Made by a program: the position numbers and the translations under genes. From Patescibacteria group bacterium (GTDB lineage: Bacteria > Patescibacteriota > Microgenomatia > UBA1400 > UBA12028), in the NCBI GenBank assembly GCA_035479015.1, contig DATIJC010000002.1, positions 9,777-73,776 of the forward strand: 64,000 bases of DNA, read 5' to 3'. Positions within the stretch are counted from its first letter, which is position 1. Every line of letters begins with the position of its first letter. This document shows positions 28,790-38,253 of this stretch, in pieces. The notes under the pieces are model-generated. The model had not been told where the DNA came from and did no database searches. It saw nothing but the letters and a program-made list of their open reading frames with translations.

Positions 28790-29071
28790 ATGTTTGAAAA
28801 TATCGGTGGACAACTTGATAAGTGGATCCGTGAAAGCATGCGACGGGAAGATAAATCAGGTATTGCTTTTGGTGATCATGTCCAATTCCGCGATAGCCAC
28901 ATTGCCGAAAAATATGGATTCACCGCAGGGCAAACTTTAATAGCTGGTGGCACTGATGTTAGCGTGGGAAGTGATTTGAGCATTACCATCCTGGACGGCG
29001 ATCATTACTACAATAAGGTACCAGCCCGTTTACTTGAAAAAACTAAGGATCCTGCAGAATCTAGGCATTAA
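28790..29071 (+). CDS. Hypothetical protein
   Basis: 93 aa ORF. The sequence TGTAGGGTACGT, about 45 bp upstream, resembles the shared AAGTAGGGTAC motif. Confidence 0.35.
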   Translation: MFENIGGQLDKWIRESMRREDKSGIAFGDHVQFRDSHIAEKYGFTAGQTLIAGGTDVSVGSDLSITILDGDHYYNKVPARLLEKTKDPAESRH

Positions 29072-29988
29072 TTTGTAGTCCAGTCCACAAGTGTTTTGGT
29101 CTCCGAAGTGAAATTATTAAATCCCCAATCTAGGAGTTTGCGCGTCTCGCCAAAACGGTCTGTACTATTCAAGACTACTGTTAATAACGTCTGATTACCC
29201 CGCACCGCTTCGCTGACAAAACACTCACCCGCCTCGTCAGTCCAACCCGTCTTGATACCTACCATTCCGGGATATACTCCTAACAATTCATTTGTTGTCA
29301 TCAATTGATGAACAAATCGTCCATCGCTGCTCCTCACTGTTTTCCCTCTTTGGTTCACAATATTTTTCAGCGTTTCATCCTTCATTACTTCCCGTGCCAA
29401 TATGCCTAGATCCCGTACAGTGGTCACGTGTTGGCTGTCTTCCAATCCCGCAGGATTGGTAAAATGCGTTTGACTCATTCCCAACTGTACTGCCTTCTTA
29501 TTCACATCACTCATAAAAGCATCGATCCCCCCTGGATAACTATCTGCCAGTGCAAATGCTGCATCGTTAGCCGAATGAATGAGCAGTCCACTGAGTAGAT
29601 CACGGACACGTATCTGCTCGCCCGGAACAAGTTTCATCGTACGCGTATCAGAAAAATCATGTGAAACTACAGTAACAATGTGATTAGGATCGAAAAACTC
29701 ACTTGCTACAATTGCTGTCAACATCTTTGTCGTAGATGCCGGAAATAATTGTTTATCGATGTCTTTTTGAGCTAGTATTTCTCCGGAATTTACATCAAGC
29801 AAGATGTAGCTCGTGGCACTGAGATCTGGGAATTGAGCAAACGTTGGGTTTTTTACAGACAAGGTAATATCAGGAGGTATTTGCAGCGATTGAGCACGAA
29901 CCAATAGCGGGGTTGCCTGCTTTCCGTATAACAGCGCGTGAACAAGGAGAAACAGTGCAAGCAATTGATGAGCCAAGTTGAGAAGCAT
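29068..29988 (-). CDS. D-alanyl-D-alanine carboxypeptidase (peptidase S11, DacA-like)
   Basis: Contains the SxxK motif (ASTTKML) and the SxN motif (HSANDAA). Confidence 0.75.
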   Translation of the reverse strand: MLLNLAHQLLALFLLVHALLYGKQATPLLVRAQSLQIPPDITLSVKNPTFAQFPDLSATSYILLDVNSGEILAQKDIDKQLFPASTTKMLTAIVASEFFDPNHIVTVVSHDFSDTRTMKLVPGEQIRVRDLLSGLLIHSANDAAFALADSYPGGIDAFMSDVNKKAVQLGMSQTHFTNPAGLEDSQHVTTVRDLGILAREVMKDETLKNIVNQRGKTVRSSDGRFVHQLMTTNELLGVYPGMVGIKTGWTDEAGECFVSEAVRGNQTLLTVVLNSTDRFGETRKLLDWGFNNFTSETKTLVDWTTN

Positions 29989-30006
29989 ACGGTTAATGGT
30001 AACAAA

Positions 30007-30867
30007 TTATTGAAAAGAAGGTGGATAGTAAACGCTTGTCGGGTGGAAATGTTCTTTGTGGACGCTAAACCCCTTCCATTTTAAATTCTCCGTCCCGAAG
30101 CGCTCGTCATATGCGCTGCATAAATCCAATATGTCACACCCCAGAAATTTTGCTAATTTTACAGTTTGATACGCTAATCCACTGGGTACATACAAACTTT
30201 GTCTACCTTTTTGACTTGTGTACTGATAAAAATACATTGCTACCCCGTGGTGGTGGAGGAAATAGAGCGCTCCATGAAGGGTTTTTCCCTCATAGGCAAG
30301 AATCATTGATCCTTCTTTCTGCATTTCCTGCCAAAGTATTCGCAAAAAATTATTTGGATACCCAGATACTTTTTTTTCAGTTTCCCACTCAGAATGCAGT
30401 TTTACTATTTCGGTTTTTGTTTCTTCCGTTAAATTGACAAAAGCAACTACTTTGTAAGAAACACCCATCCGCAAACTTCGAAGCATTTGATATTTGAGTG
30501 TCTTGGAAAAAGATGCCAGGATTTTTTCCTCACTGCCATGCAGATTACAAATGAACGTCTTGGTATACGCGTGATGATTTTTAGTTTCTTTCAAACCATT
30601 GGATCGCAGGATTTCCAGATCCAAGGATAAACCCGGATCTATATATGTTTTAACTAACGGAAGTCGTTTTTGCAGCTTCTTTAAGTTGGAAAAATCAATC
30701 GATTGTGGTCGCTGAAATTTCGCAATAGATATTGGACCAATGCGGCGAACAAAAAGATACTGACCGTTCATTGGTATCACATCCCAACCTATCCGTTCCA
30801 TCACACGCGCATATGCAGGCAATTGATGATAGTCCGGACGCGATACAAAACGAGAAAGTAAATCCAT
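30007..30867 (-). CDS. Hypothetical protein, possibly FemAB-family-like (peptidoglycan bridge formation)
   Basis: 286 aa protein adjacent to the dacA-like gene. The similarity is only by general pattern. Confidence 0.4.
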   Translation of the reverse strand: MDLLSRFVSRPDYHQLPAYARVMERIGWDVIPMNGQYLFVRRIGPISIAKFQRPQSIDFSNLKKLQKRLPLVKTYIDPGLSLDLEILRSNGLKETKNHHAYTKTFICNLHGSEEKILASFSKTLKYQMLRSLRMGVSYKVVAFVNLTEETKTEIVKLHSEWETEKKVSGYPNNFLRILWQEMQKEGSMILAYEGKTLHGALYFLHHHGVAMYFYQYTSQKGRQSLYVPSGLAYQTVKLAKFLGCDILDLCSAYDERFGTENLKWKGFSVHKEHFHPTSVYYPPSFQ

Positions 30868-30954
30868 ATAAAATGGTTCGCAATCAAATTTTTTGCGCGC
30901 AGATATTCCGAGTGTTGCGGAGACGCGAGCACAAAAAATTTAGTTTGTGAAGCA

Positions 30955-32301
30955 TTATTCCTCACTCTTTAATCTAAAGTCGATCCGTTCCATATCGCGT
31001 GGGAACATACTAGCCTCTCTCACGTTGGCGAGCTTGAGTATTTGCATGGTGATCCGTTCTGCACCAAAGGCAAAACCCCCTTCGGGCGGCGCACCATAAC
31101 GGAACGCTTCCAAAAACATTTCAATTTTGGCTGGATCCATTTTCCACTCCTCCACTTGGTGAAGCAACTGATCATAATCACTTACACGCCGTCCGCCCGA
31201 CAACCACTCTACACCGCGGCAAAGTAAGTCCATTCCTTCGTTGTATTCAGGATCTTGCGGGTTTGGATAGACATAGAAAGGTTTCTTTTTCGTAGGATAG
31301 CCATACACAAAGATAAAGTCAGATCCAGTTTCTTCTTTGATAATGCTACAGATTTCCCGCTCATCCTCAGGATTCAAGTCTTTTTCCCCGCGCACATCCC
31401 TGCCATTTTTATCAAAGATTTTTTGCTGTACTTCACGTAAGCTCAGCGTCGGAGTTTTTTCAATCATTTCCGGTAAACTTGCTCCCAGTAATTCCAATTC
31501 CTTCGCGCAATCTTTTGCAACGCGCTTCAAGATGTGGCGCACAGTGCTTTCAGCCATATCTCGTACTTCTTCCCAGCCTTCGATAAATCCCATCTCTGCA
31601 TCGAGAGAGACAATTTCCGTCAAATGACGGGTCGTCACACTCGGTTCGGCACGGAAAACTTTATTGACACTAAAGACTCGCTCAAAGGCCGTCATGACAA
31701 TTTGCTTATACAACTGTGGACTCTGCGTGAGATAGGCTTCGTGCTCAAAATAGTCAACTTTAAATACGTCGGCTCCGCCTTCGGCAACTGCAGGCGTGAT
31801 ACAGGGGGCTTGAAACTCGAAGAAATCTTCTTGCTTCATGAACTCACGGAATCCATCAATAACTGCTTCTTGGACTTTAAAAATTGCCTGTACTTTGGGA
31901 TGACGCAGCGTCAGTGCCCGATGATCTAACAAAGTAGGCAATTCCACATTTAGTGTTTCCGCACCCATATCAAATGGAAGTGTGGCGGCCCTTGCCAAAA
32001 TAGTTAGTTTGAGTGCTTCCAGTTCAACGCTTCCCGTACTCATTTTTGGATTCACTAGCCGCTCTGGTCGTGCATTTACCTTCCCCTCTATTTCCACTAC
32101 AAACTCACTGCGCAGCTCTCCAGCCATTTCATGCGCTGTGGCAGAAGACTGGGGTAAAAATACTACCTGCAGCAGTCCGGAACGGTCACGCAGGTCGATG
32201 AAGATGAGTTTGCCGTGATCCCGGCGCACATGCACCCAGCCCTTGACGAGTACTGTCTTGCCAACATGTTCCACCGTCTGCGAAATTAGTGTTCTTTTCA
32301 T
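30955..32301 (-). CDS. aspS: Aspartyl-tRNA synthetase (short archaeal/eukaryal-type form, 448 aa)
   Basis: Contains class II aaRS motifs (FRAEPS, GGFAFGAERI) and an N-terminal OB anticodon-binding domain. Confidence 0.9.
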   Translation of the reverse strand: MKRTLISQTVEHVGKTVLVKGWVHVRRDHGKLIFIDLRDRSGLLQVVFLPQSSATAHEMAGELRSEFVVEIEGKVNARPERLVNPKMSTGSVELEALKLTILARAATLPFDMGAETLNVELPTLLDHRALTLRHPKVQAIFKVQEAVIDGFREFMKQEDFFEFQAPCITPAVAEGGADVFKVDYFEHEAYLTQSPQLYKQIVMTAFERVFSVNKVFRAEPSVTTRHLTEIVSLDAEMGFIEGWEEVRDMAESTVRHILKRVAKDCAKELELLGASLPEMIEKTPTLSLREVQQKIFDKNGRDVRGEKDLNPEDEREICSIIKEETGSDFIFVYGYPTKKKPFYVYPNPQDPEYNEGMDLLCRGVEWLSGGRRVSDYDQLLHQVEEWKMDPAKIEMFLEAFRYGAPPEGGFAFGAERITMQILKLANVREASMFPRDMERIDFRLKSEE

Positions 32302-32600
32302 AAAAAAACCACGTACTAGTTGTCCGCTAAAGGACGTCTAAGACGTGGTGCCACCTTTATTACTTCTCTGTAAGCTGTTCGGGCTTTCCCGGGAATGCTC
32401 GCAATTTGTCAAACTGCTCAGACGCTTTCCAATTAAGTATTATTGTACGCCAAAGCGGCATATTGACAAGCGCCCAATCGAAATTTATACTTCCCCTGTC
32501 CTATGAGTTGTAAACACCTTATTACTATTCAAATGCTTCGCGTCCTTTTTGGACGGGGAGGTTTGGTGGAATAAGATGTAAATATTAATTAATCTGAAAC
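32302..32600 (-). promoter_or_regulatory. Candidate T-box riboswitch leader of aspS (tRNA-Asp responsive)
   Basis: The minus strand reads AUAAAGGUGGCACCACGUC, matching the T-box consensus AGGGUGGNACCGCG, with a UGGC bulge complementary to GCCA (tRNA-Asp discriminator G73). It overlaps a terminator hairpin ACCACGU...ACGUGGU followed by a 7-U run ending at the ATG. Confidence 0.45.
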
Positions 32601-32661
32601 CCAAAGACCTCCCACTAAACAAGGGAGGTTTTTTTATGAGTTTCATAAAGAAAGGAGTTCT

Positions 32662-32856
32662 ATGGCTAGACCAGAAGAACCAAGCGCTATGAAAGAGATG
32701 ACTTATGCATCAGCATATGCGATGCTTCTTAGTGCACTAGGAGGAGATGAAAAACTTGCTGAAAAGTTTGCACACAGTTGGACAGACGAGGGTGAGACGG
32801 ATCCTCTCAAGTTAGTTACGAAGGCACTCAATAACACCCGTGATTGGGATGATTAA
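32662..32856 (+). CDS. Hypothetical small protein
   Basis: 64 aa ORF with a strong AAAGGAG ribosome-binding site 7 nt upstream. Confidence 0.3.
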   Translation: MARPEEPSAMKEMTYASAYAMLLSALGGDEKLAEKFAHSWTDEGETDPLKLVTKALNNTRDWDD

Positions 32857-33109
32857 TGGAAAGGAAAATATGGATAATGAAACACGAACGAGAATTCTAA
32901 AGGCAGCTGAAAAACTCGAGACAGATTCTAAAAAAATAGGAGGTGATAAGGACACTGCAACGAATCACAGACATATTGCAGGAATCCTAAGAAAATACAC
33001 AAAAAGTGAAAACTGGTTTAAAACGATGTATCCCCTCGCAGAATCAGATTCACTTATGCATAGTGCAAAAGCTATCATCGATTCGATTGAATCGGGCAGC
33101 AGAGTTTAA
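32840..33109 (+). CDS. Hypothetical small protein
   Basis: 89 aa ORF overlapping the previous ORF by 17 nt. Confidence 0.3.
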   Translation: MIGMINGKENMDNETRTRILKAAEKLETDSKKIGGDKDTATNHRHIAGILRKYTKSENWFKTMYPLAESDSLMHSAKAIIDSIESGSRV

Positions 33110-34752
33110 TGAATGTCTTTGACAATTATCTGAAGACTTTTTGACCCATTCCAATGGTTCACCTGCAGGTGACCAATCAATGACACGGTGGGGGAATTTG
33201 AAAAGTGTTCAAGTTCCCTCCCGTGTCCAAACCAAAGCAGATCACAGTCCGCAGTGCGCAGTTTTAAGTGTTTTCCTTCTTTTCCGATAATTTTTGCACT
33301 GTCGATTTTGACTTTATCCATTTGAAATAGTGGTTCGCGGTTACCGGGACCAAACGGCTGCATGACCGTCAATCCTTGCGCCACTTCCATCGTTTGGAGA
33401 GTTGTTGGCAATACAGAATCCACATCAATCAATGCTGTCAGCAGTGATACATCAATTGTGTTTTTGGCATGTTGGCGCAATTTTTGCGAAAAGACTTCAA
33501 TCTGTGCAGTTTGCAACTTCAATCCAGCCGCCATCGGATGGCCTCCGATTTCCATAAGATCAGACTTTACTTCACGCAGCAGATTTGTGATATGTACACC
33601 TGCGACACTTCTGGCTGATCCTTTCGCTGTTTCACCTGAGATCGCCAACACTATCGAGGGTTTATAAAACATTTCAGTGAGACGACTGGCGATCAGTCCT
33701 ATCACGCCCTCATGAAATTGATCGCTGGCTACGATGATCACACTCTCCTCTTTCCACGTCTGTCGCTTTGCAAGTGCAATCTCATACATCTGTGTGGTCA
33801 GATCCTGACGGGTGATGTTGGTATCGTGCAATTTCCCAATTAGAACCGCCGCTTTACTTCTATCCTTCGTACACAGTGCCCGCAGAGCATCCAGTGCATT
33901 TCCCAGACGCCCCATCGCATTAATGCGCGGAGCAATAGCAAAATTGACTGCGTACGTATCAACCGGTTTTCCTTTTAACCCGGCAGCCTCTATCAGCAAT
34001 TGCAAACCAATCCGCCTCGTTTTCTGCAACTGTTCTAAACCAAATTTAACAAATGATCTATTCGCGTCCGTGAGAATTACTTGGTCAGCAATCGTCGCAA
34101 TCGCACAAAGATCGAGTAAATCTTCAATATTTTTTGATGCTTGGATTTTGGATTTTGGAATTTTAGCAAGTTCTCTTGCTAACATCCACGCTACAGTTGT
34201 GCCACAGAGCTTGGTCGTATGAATAATGCAATCAGCGGGTGGCAGTTTATCCTCAGGTTCGTGATGGTCAGTGAGTATTGTGAAGACCCCAACATCGGCA
34301 AGCCTCTGCCACTGCGCCTCAGCTACGATCCCATTGTCTACTGAGATTAAAATAGAAGGCTTATTCTTTGCCAGAATTTCATCTAAAGCTTTTGTAGACA
34401 AACCATAACCATGCTCTTTACGGTCAGGAATAAACGGTAACACACTAAAGCCGATGTTGTGCATCGTTTCCCACAGTACCGTGGTCGCACATACGCCGTC
34501 ACAATCATAATCACCAAAGATAATTATTTTTTCTTTGTTTTCCAAAGCCTCTTTTAGCCGCTCTACTGCTTTGTTAACTTGTTCTTTATCGATGCCAACA
34601 TCCTCTAGAGTCAAATCTATCGGATCTTTTGGGTGCAAAAAACTTTCTTTATCAGTAATGCCCCTATTTTTTAATAGGATGGAGAGTATTTCTTCATTAG
34701 TTTTTGGCTCTTTTTTTGAAAGCAGATTCCAGTTCATACAAGATGCTATCAT
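33106..34752 (-). CDS. recJ: Single-stranded-DNA-specific exonuclease RecJ
   Basis: Contains DHH (IIFGDYDCDGV...DHH) and DHHA1 motifs (GGHPMAAG). It carries an in-frame heptamer repeat at 34141-34164. Confidence 0.85.
   Translation of the reverse strand: MIASCMNWNLLSKKEPKTNEEILSILLKNRGITDKESFLHPKDPIDLTLEDVGIDKEQVNKAVERLKEALENKEKIIIFGDYDCDGVCATTVLWETMHNIGFSVLPFIPDRKEHGYGLSTKALDEILAKNKPSILISVDNGIVAEAQWQRLADVGVFTILTDHHEPEDKLPPADCIIHTTKLCGTTVAWMLARELAKIPKSKIQASKNIEDLLDLCAIATIADQVILTDANRSFVKFGLEQLQKTRRIGLQLLIEAAGLKGKPVDTYAVNFAIAPRINAMGRLGNALDALRALCTKDRSKAAVLIGKLHDTNITRQDLTTQMYEIALAKRQTWKEESVIIVASDQFHEGVIGLIASRLTEMFYKPSIVLAISGETAKGSARSVAGVHITNLLREVKSDLMEIGGHPMAAGLKLQTAQIEVFSQKLRQHAKNTIDVSLLTALIDVDSVLPTTLQTMEVAQGLTVMQPFGPGNREPLFQMDKVKIDSAKIIGKEGKHLKLRTADCDLLWFGHGRELEHFSNSPTVSLIGHLQVNHWNGSKSLQIIVKDIH
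34141..34164. repeat. Tandem heptanucleotide repeat (AAAATCC/AAATTCC), in frame within recJ
   Basis: The plus strand reads ttggattttggattttggaatttt. On the coding strand it encodes LAKIPKSKIQAS. Confidence 0.6.
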
Positions 34753-34758
34753 ACCCGT

Positions 34759-36111
34759 ATGAACGCAAATCTACCTACACCAGTTTTAAAAATCATTCGG
34801 ACCTTAACCAGTGCCAACTTCACTTGTGAAATCGTCGGCGGGGCTGTCCGTGACCTAGTCTTAGGCATCCCCACGAATGATTGGGATTTCACTACAAACG
34901 CTACACCGCAACAAATTATGCCCCTATTTCCGGATAGTTTTTATGAAAACACATATGGGACCGTCATGATCGCACAGAAGCATCTAAACCCTGACCCCTC
35001 GCTCCTAGACCCTGATTTAATTTACGACATCACTACATATCGAAGTGACGGAACCTACCGCAATCACCGCCAGCCAGAAACTGTCACATGGGGGAAAACA
35101 ATAGAAGAAGATTTACAGCGTCGTGACTTCACGATCAACGCCATGGCACTGCGTGGCAGTGAAATCATTGATCCATATGAGGGCCAAAAAGATCTGCGGA
35201 ATAAAGTCATCCGTACAGTGGGAAATCCTCAAGACCGATTTGAAGAAGATGCGCTGCGGATGCTACGCGCGGTGCGTTTTTCCGTCCAACTTGGATTTGA
35301 GATTGAGGGTGAAACCAAAAAAGCCATAAGCGCAAAAGCGTCTCTGTTATCAGAAATAAGTTGGGAGCGTATTGGGACTGAGACCATGAAAATCCTTGGC
35401 TCACCAGAACCGAAGCGGGGAATCTTATTGCTAGACGAATTGGGACTTCTGCCGTTCATTTTGCCAGAACTTGTAGAAGCTAAAAACGTCCGTCAGTCCG
35501 GTCACCATATTTACGATGTCTGGGATCATAGTCTCAACGCTTTAGCTGCGTGTGAATCCAGTGATCCAGTGGTGAGACTAGCTACGTTGCTTCATGACAT
35601 TGGCAAGCCGGTCACTGCCAAAGAAACTAGTAGTGGAACCGTCACTTTTTATAGCCACGAGGTTTTAGGAGCCAGAACCGCGAAAGCGATAGCTAAACGG
35701 CTGCAACTAGGCAGCAGTGACTGTAACCGCATATTTACGCTGGTGCGTTGGCATATGTTCACCTATGACAAAGACGTCACCGATGCCTATATCCGCCGCT
35801 TTATCCGCCGTGTCGGTGTGGAACACATTAATGACATGATTACTCTGCGCATTGCCGATAGAGTCGGTAGTGGGAGTAAACGAAGTAGTTGGAGACTGGA
35901 AGAATTGCAGCAGCGCGTCTATGAACAATTACACCAACCACTGAGCTTAAAGGATATGGCCATCGACGGCCATGACGTGATGGAAGCCATGCACATCAAA
36001 CCAGGACCGGAAATCGGCAAGATTTTAAGCAACCTATTTGAAGACGTGTTAGAGAACCCAGAACACAATACCAGAGAGTATCTCCTCAGCCAAATTACTG
36101 CGTCGGAGTGA
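34759..36111 (+). CDS. cca: CCA-adding tRNA nucleotidyltransferase with HD domain
   Basis: Has a Pol-beta-type NTase head (GGAVRD...DWDF) and an HD motif (LLHDIGK). Confidence 0.8.
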   Translation: MNANLPTPVLKIIRTLTSANFTCEIVGGAVRDLVLGIPTNDWDFTTNATPQQIMPLFPDSFYENTYGTVMIAQKHLNPDPSLLDPDLIYDITTYRSDGTYRNHRQPETVTWGKTIEEDLQRRDFTINAMALRGSEIIDPYEGQKDLRNKVIRTVGNPQDRFEEDALRMLRAVRFSVQLGFEIEGETKKAISAKASLLSEISWERIGTETMKILGSPEPKRGILLLDELGLLPFILPELVEAKNVRQSGHHIYDVWDHSLNALAACESSDPVVRLATLLHDIGKPVTAKETSSGTVTFYSHEVLGARTAKAIAKRLQLGSSDCNRIFTLVRWHMFTYDKDVTDAYIRRFIRRVGVEHINDMITLRIADRVGSGSKRSSWRLEELQQRVYEQLHQPLSLKDMAIDGHDVMEAMHIKPGPEIGKILSNLFEDVLENPEHNTREYLLSQITASE

Positions 36112-36808
36112 CGTTAACTCCTGGTAGTAACACTTGGATCTTCGCATTCTTCTTTAGTTCAGTGATCCAAGTCTGTACAGCGCTCTGGAATTTCTGACTC
36201 TGCAGTTGATCTTTGATCGTCTGCATTGCCTGCGCCTGCGGCACTGTCTTGAAGAAATCTTTATTCTTTTTGTATGCATCTTCTACTTCAGTGTCAGTCA
36301 CTGCGATTTTATCTTTGAGAATTTGCTTCACAGCCAGTTGCAAACTAATCTGATCACGGAAGTCATTTTCTGTGATGCGCTGGGCTGCTAAAACAGCCTT
36401 TAGACCACCCGATGCGCTGGCTTGTTTATCCGCTTTATCTACTTCTGCTTGGATGTCGGCCGGGGCAACTGTTATATGTTGCTTGGCAATTTCCTGTTTA
36501 ACTAATTCTTGCGTAGTCAGTGAGTTTATTACATCAGCACCATAGAATTGGTTGAGGTCATGCAGGTATTCCCAAACAAAAATTGGTTTGCCGTTGACAC
36601 GGGCTGGGATTAATAAATATTGAAACTTATAGGCAGCAAGTGCGAGTATGACGATAATGCCGGCAATCAGCACCCATTTATTTCTTGACTTCGACATCAT
36701 AGATGTTTCTCCAGTTTCCATTGTCTCCATTGGATCTTCCATTACATCCTCCATCGATTCGGACGCATTGAGTTTTTTGTTTGTTCGTTTGGTTTTTGTT
36801 TTTGCCAT
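36095..36808 (-). CDS. Membrane-anchored SurA-N-like/PpiC-type chaperone-like protein
   Basis: 237 aa protein with an N-terminal basic tail, one TM helix and a SurA N-terminal-domain-like region. Confidence 0.4.
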   Translation of the reverse strand: MAKTKTKRTNKKLNASESMEDVMEDPMETMETGETSMMSKSRNKWVLIAGIIVILALAAYKFQYLLIPARVNGKPIFVWEYLHDLNQFYGADVINSLTTQELVKQEIAKQHITVAPADIQAEVDKADKQASASGGLKAVLAAQRITENDFRDQISLQLAVKQILKDKIAVTDTEVEDAYKKNKDFFKTVPQAQAMQTIKDQLQSQKFQSAVQTWITELKKNAKIQVLLPGVNVTPTQ

Positions 36809-36874
36809 ATGCGCAGTAGAGTAACAGAGGGGAAAGAAAAATACAACGGGGTTATTTGATAATTCCGCGATTAT

Positions 36875-37120
36875 TTAAATCACTTCAGCTACCGATTTCA
36901 AAACACCAACAATTGCAACATATGTCGTTAATTGCGTGCCATCCTTGGCAAAAGCTGTATCAATGACTCTAAAAGACTCGTACTTTCCTGTTCTCATGCG
37001 CATTTGGACTTCATCGTCCACTGTTGGGACATCTTCAGCAGAGATACCAAACCGAGGGGGCCATGTAAGCGTATCCTCTATCTTCGTTAGGTCCTTTCGT
37101 ATTTTCAAGAAAAATTTCAT
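36875..37120 (-). CDS. Hypothetical protein
   Basis: 81 aa ORF. Confidence 0.3.
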   Translation of the reverse strand: MKFFLKIRKDLTKIEDTLTWPPRFGISAEDVPTVDDEVQMRMRTGKYESFRVIDTAFAKDGTQLTTYVAIVGVLKSVAEVI

Positions 37121-37292
37121 CCTCTCTCATAAATTCACGTAGTTTCTCTTGACCCAAGTCTTGTTCATGACCTAACATAGATACTCCTCCTAATATGTTC
37201 TGATATTACCACATCCGCTTATTGCGGTAACTCACCCGGAACGATTTTTAGTGAAAGACGAGAGCGTGCAGTGAATCGACAATATCAACTTA

Positions 37293-37682
37293 TCATTCAC
37301 GAAATATTTTGCTGCTCTCTTGCTTTGCTCGCTCTAGCGTTGAATTTATCGCTTGAACAATTGAAGCGGCTGCTTCAGGCGAGAATGAAACAATGTCACC
37401 CTTCTCATCTTTGTCAGGGACAATAAGATATTTTCGCCTCCCGTCTTTCTCTTCTCCCTCTTCTGCAGCCGGTAATGCTTGTATTAGACTTCCATATCCC
37501 AAAAGTACTGCGGCATGATATGTGCAAAGGTAGTCATTAAATTCCTGCTCATTTCCAGCACCTGTAAGACGTCCCACTTCAACTAGAACTGTGTCCGGAA
37601 ACTCAACTACTTCTTCTCCATTATGATAGTAGACTACTCCTGTAAAAACTTTAGCTTCTTTAGCTGCTGCGTTGTTTGACAT
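37293..37682 (-). CDS. Hypothetical protein
   Basis: 129 aa ORF with no motif. Confidence 0.4.
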   Translation of the reverse strand: MSNNAAAKEAKVFTGVVYYHNGEEVVEFPDTVLVEVGRLTGAGNEQEFNDYLCTYHAAVLLGYGSLIQALPAAEEGEEKDGRRKYLIVPDKDEKGDIVSFSPEAAASIVQAINSTLERAKQESSKIFRE

Positions 37683-37759
37683 AGTTACCTTTCAACTTTA
37701 TGAATATTCATGGGTATTTATACACCCACATTCCATGTAGTCAATAAAGAAAGTCTCAA

Positions 37760-38152
37760 TTAAACAATTCCACGATTTTTTAAGTCTACTTCCGATTCAA
37801 ATTCTAAATAGTTTTGCGTTAATTCCTCTCCACTTTGAATGTCTCTAGTTGCCACCAGGTATGCTTCAGTATGTGTAAGCACCTGAGTTAAAGTGGCGTT
37901 TTCCTCATGGTTAATAAATTTTGAAACATCAAAGTCTACATGCCAAAGCTGTGATGGCTTGTCAAAAAATCCCCACCACCGAATTTCCTGTCTCTCTTCG
38001 TTGAGTAGAGAATCAAATTGTTTTTGAGAAATATTTAAGTCGAGGAGAGGACTCGCTGTATATACAACTTGTCCTTTTTCTATACTTTGGTCCGCAAATA
38101 ATCCAATACCATGCAGTGGAGATTTATCCAATTTGTATTTGACATGGATCAT
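37760..38152 (-). CDS. SET domain protein (putative lysine methyltransferase)
   Basis: Contains GIGLFA...KGQVV, INHEENATL (in place of NHSCxPN) and TRDIQSGEELTQNY, matching the SET fold signature. Confidence 0.55.
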   Translation of the reverse strand: MIHVKYKLDKSPLHGIGLFADQSIEKGQVVYTASPLLDLNISQKQFDSLLNEERQEIRWWGFFDKPSQLWHVDFDVSKFINHEENATLTQVLTHTEAYLVATRDIQSGEELTQNYLEFESEVDLKNRGIV

Positions 38153-38174
38153 ATGCTGTCTAGCGAAAAATTTG

Positions 38175-38245
38175 AGCGGGCAGGGGGAATCGAACCCCCG
38201 CTTAAAGATTGGAAATCTTTAGTTCTACCATTAAACTATGCCCGC
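38175..38245 (-). tRNA. tRNA-Gly (TCC)
   Basis: Manual fold gives acceptor GCGGGCA/UGCCCGC and anticodon loop UUUCCAA between AAAGA and UCUUU stems, with a GGUUCGAUUCC T-arm. Confidence 0.8.
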
Positions 38246-38253
38246 ACTTTGCT

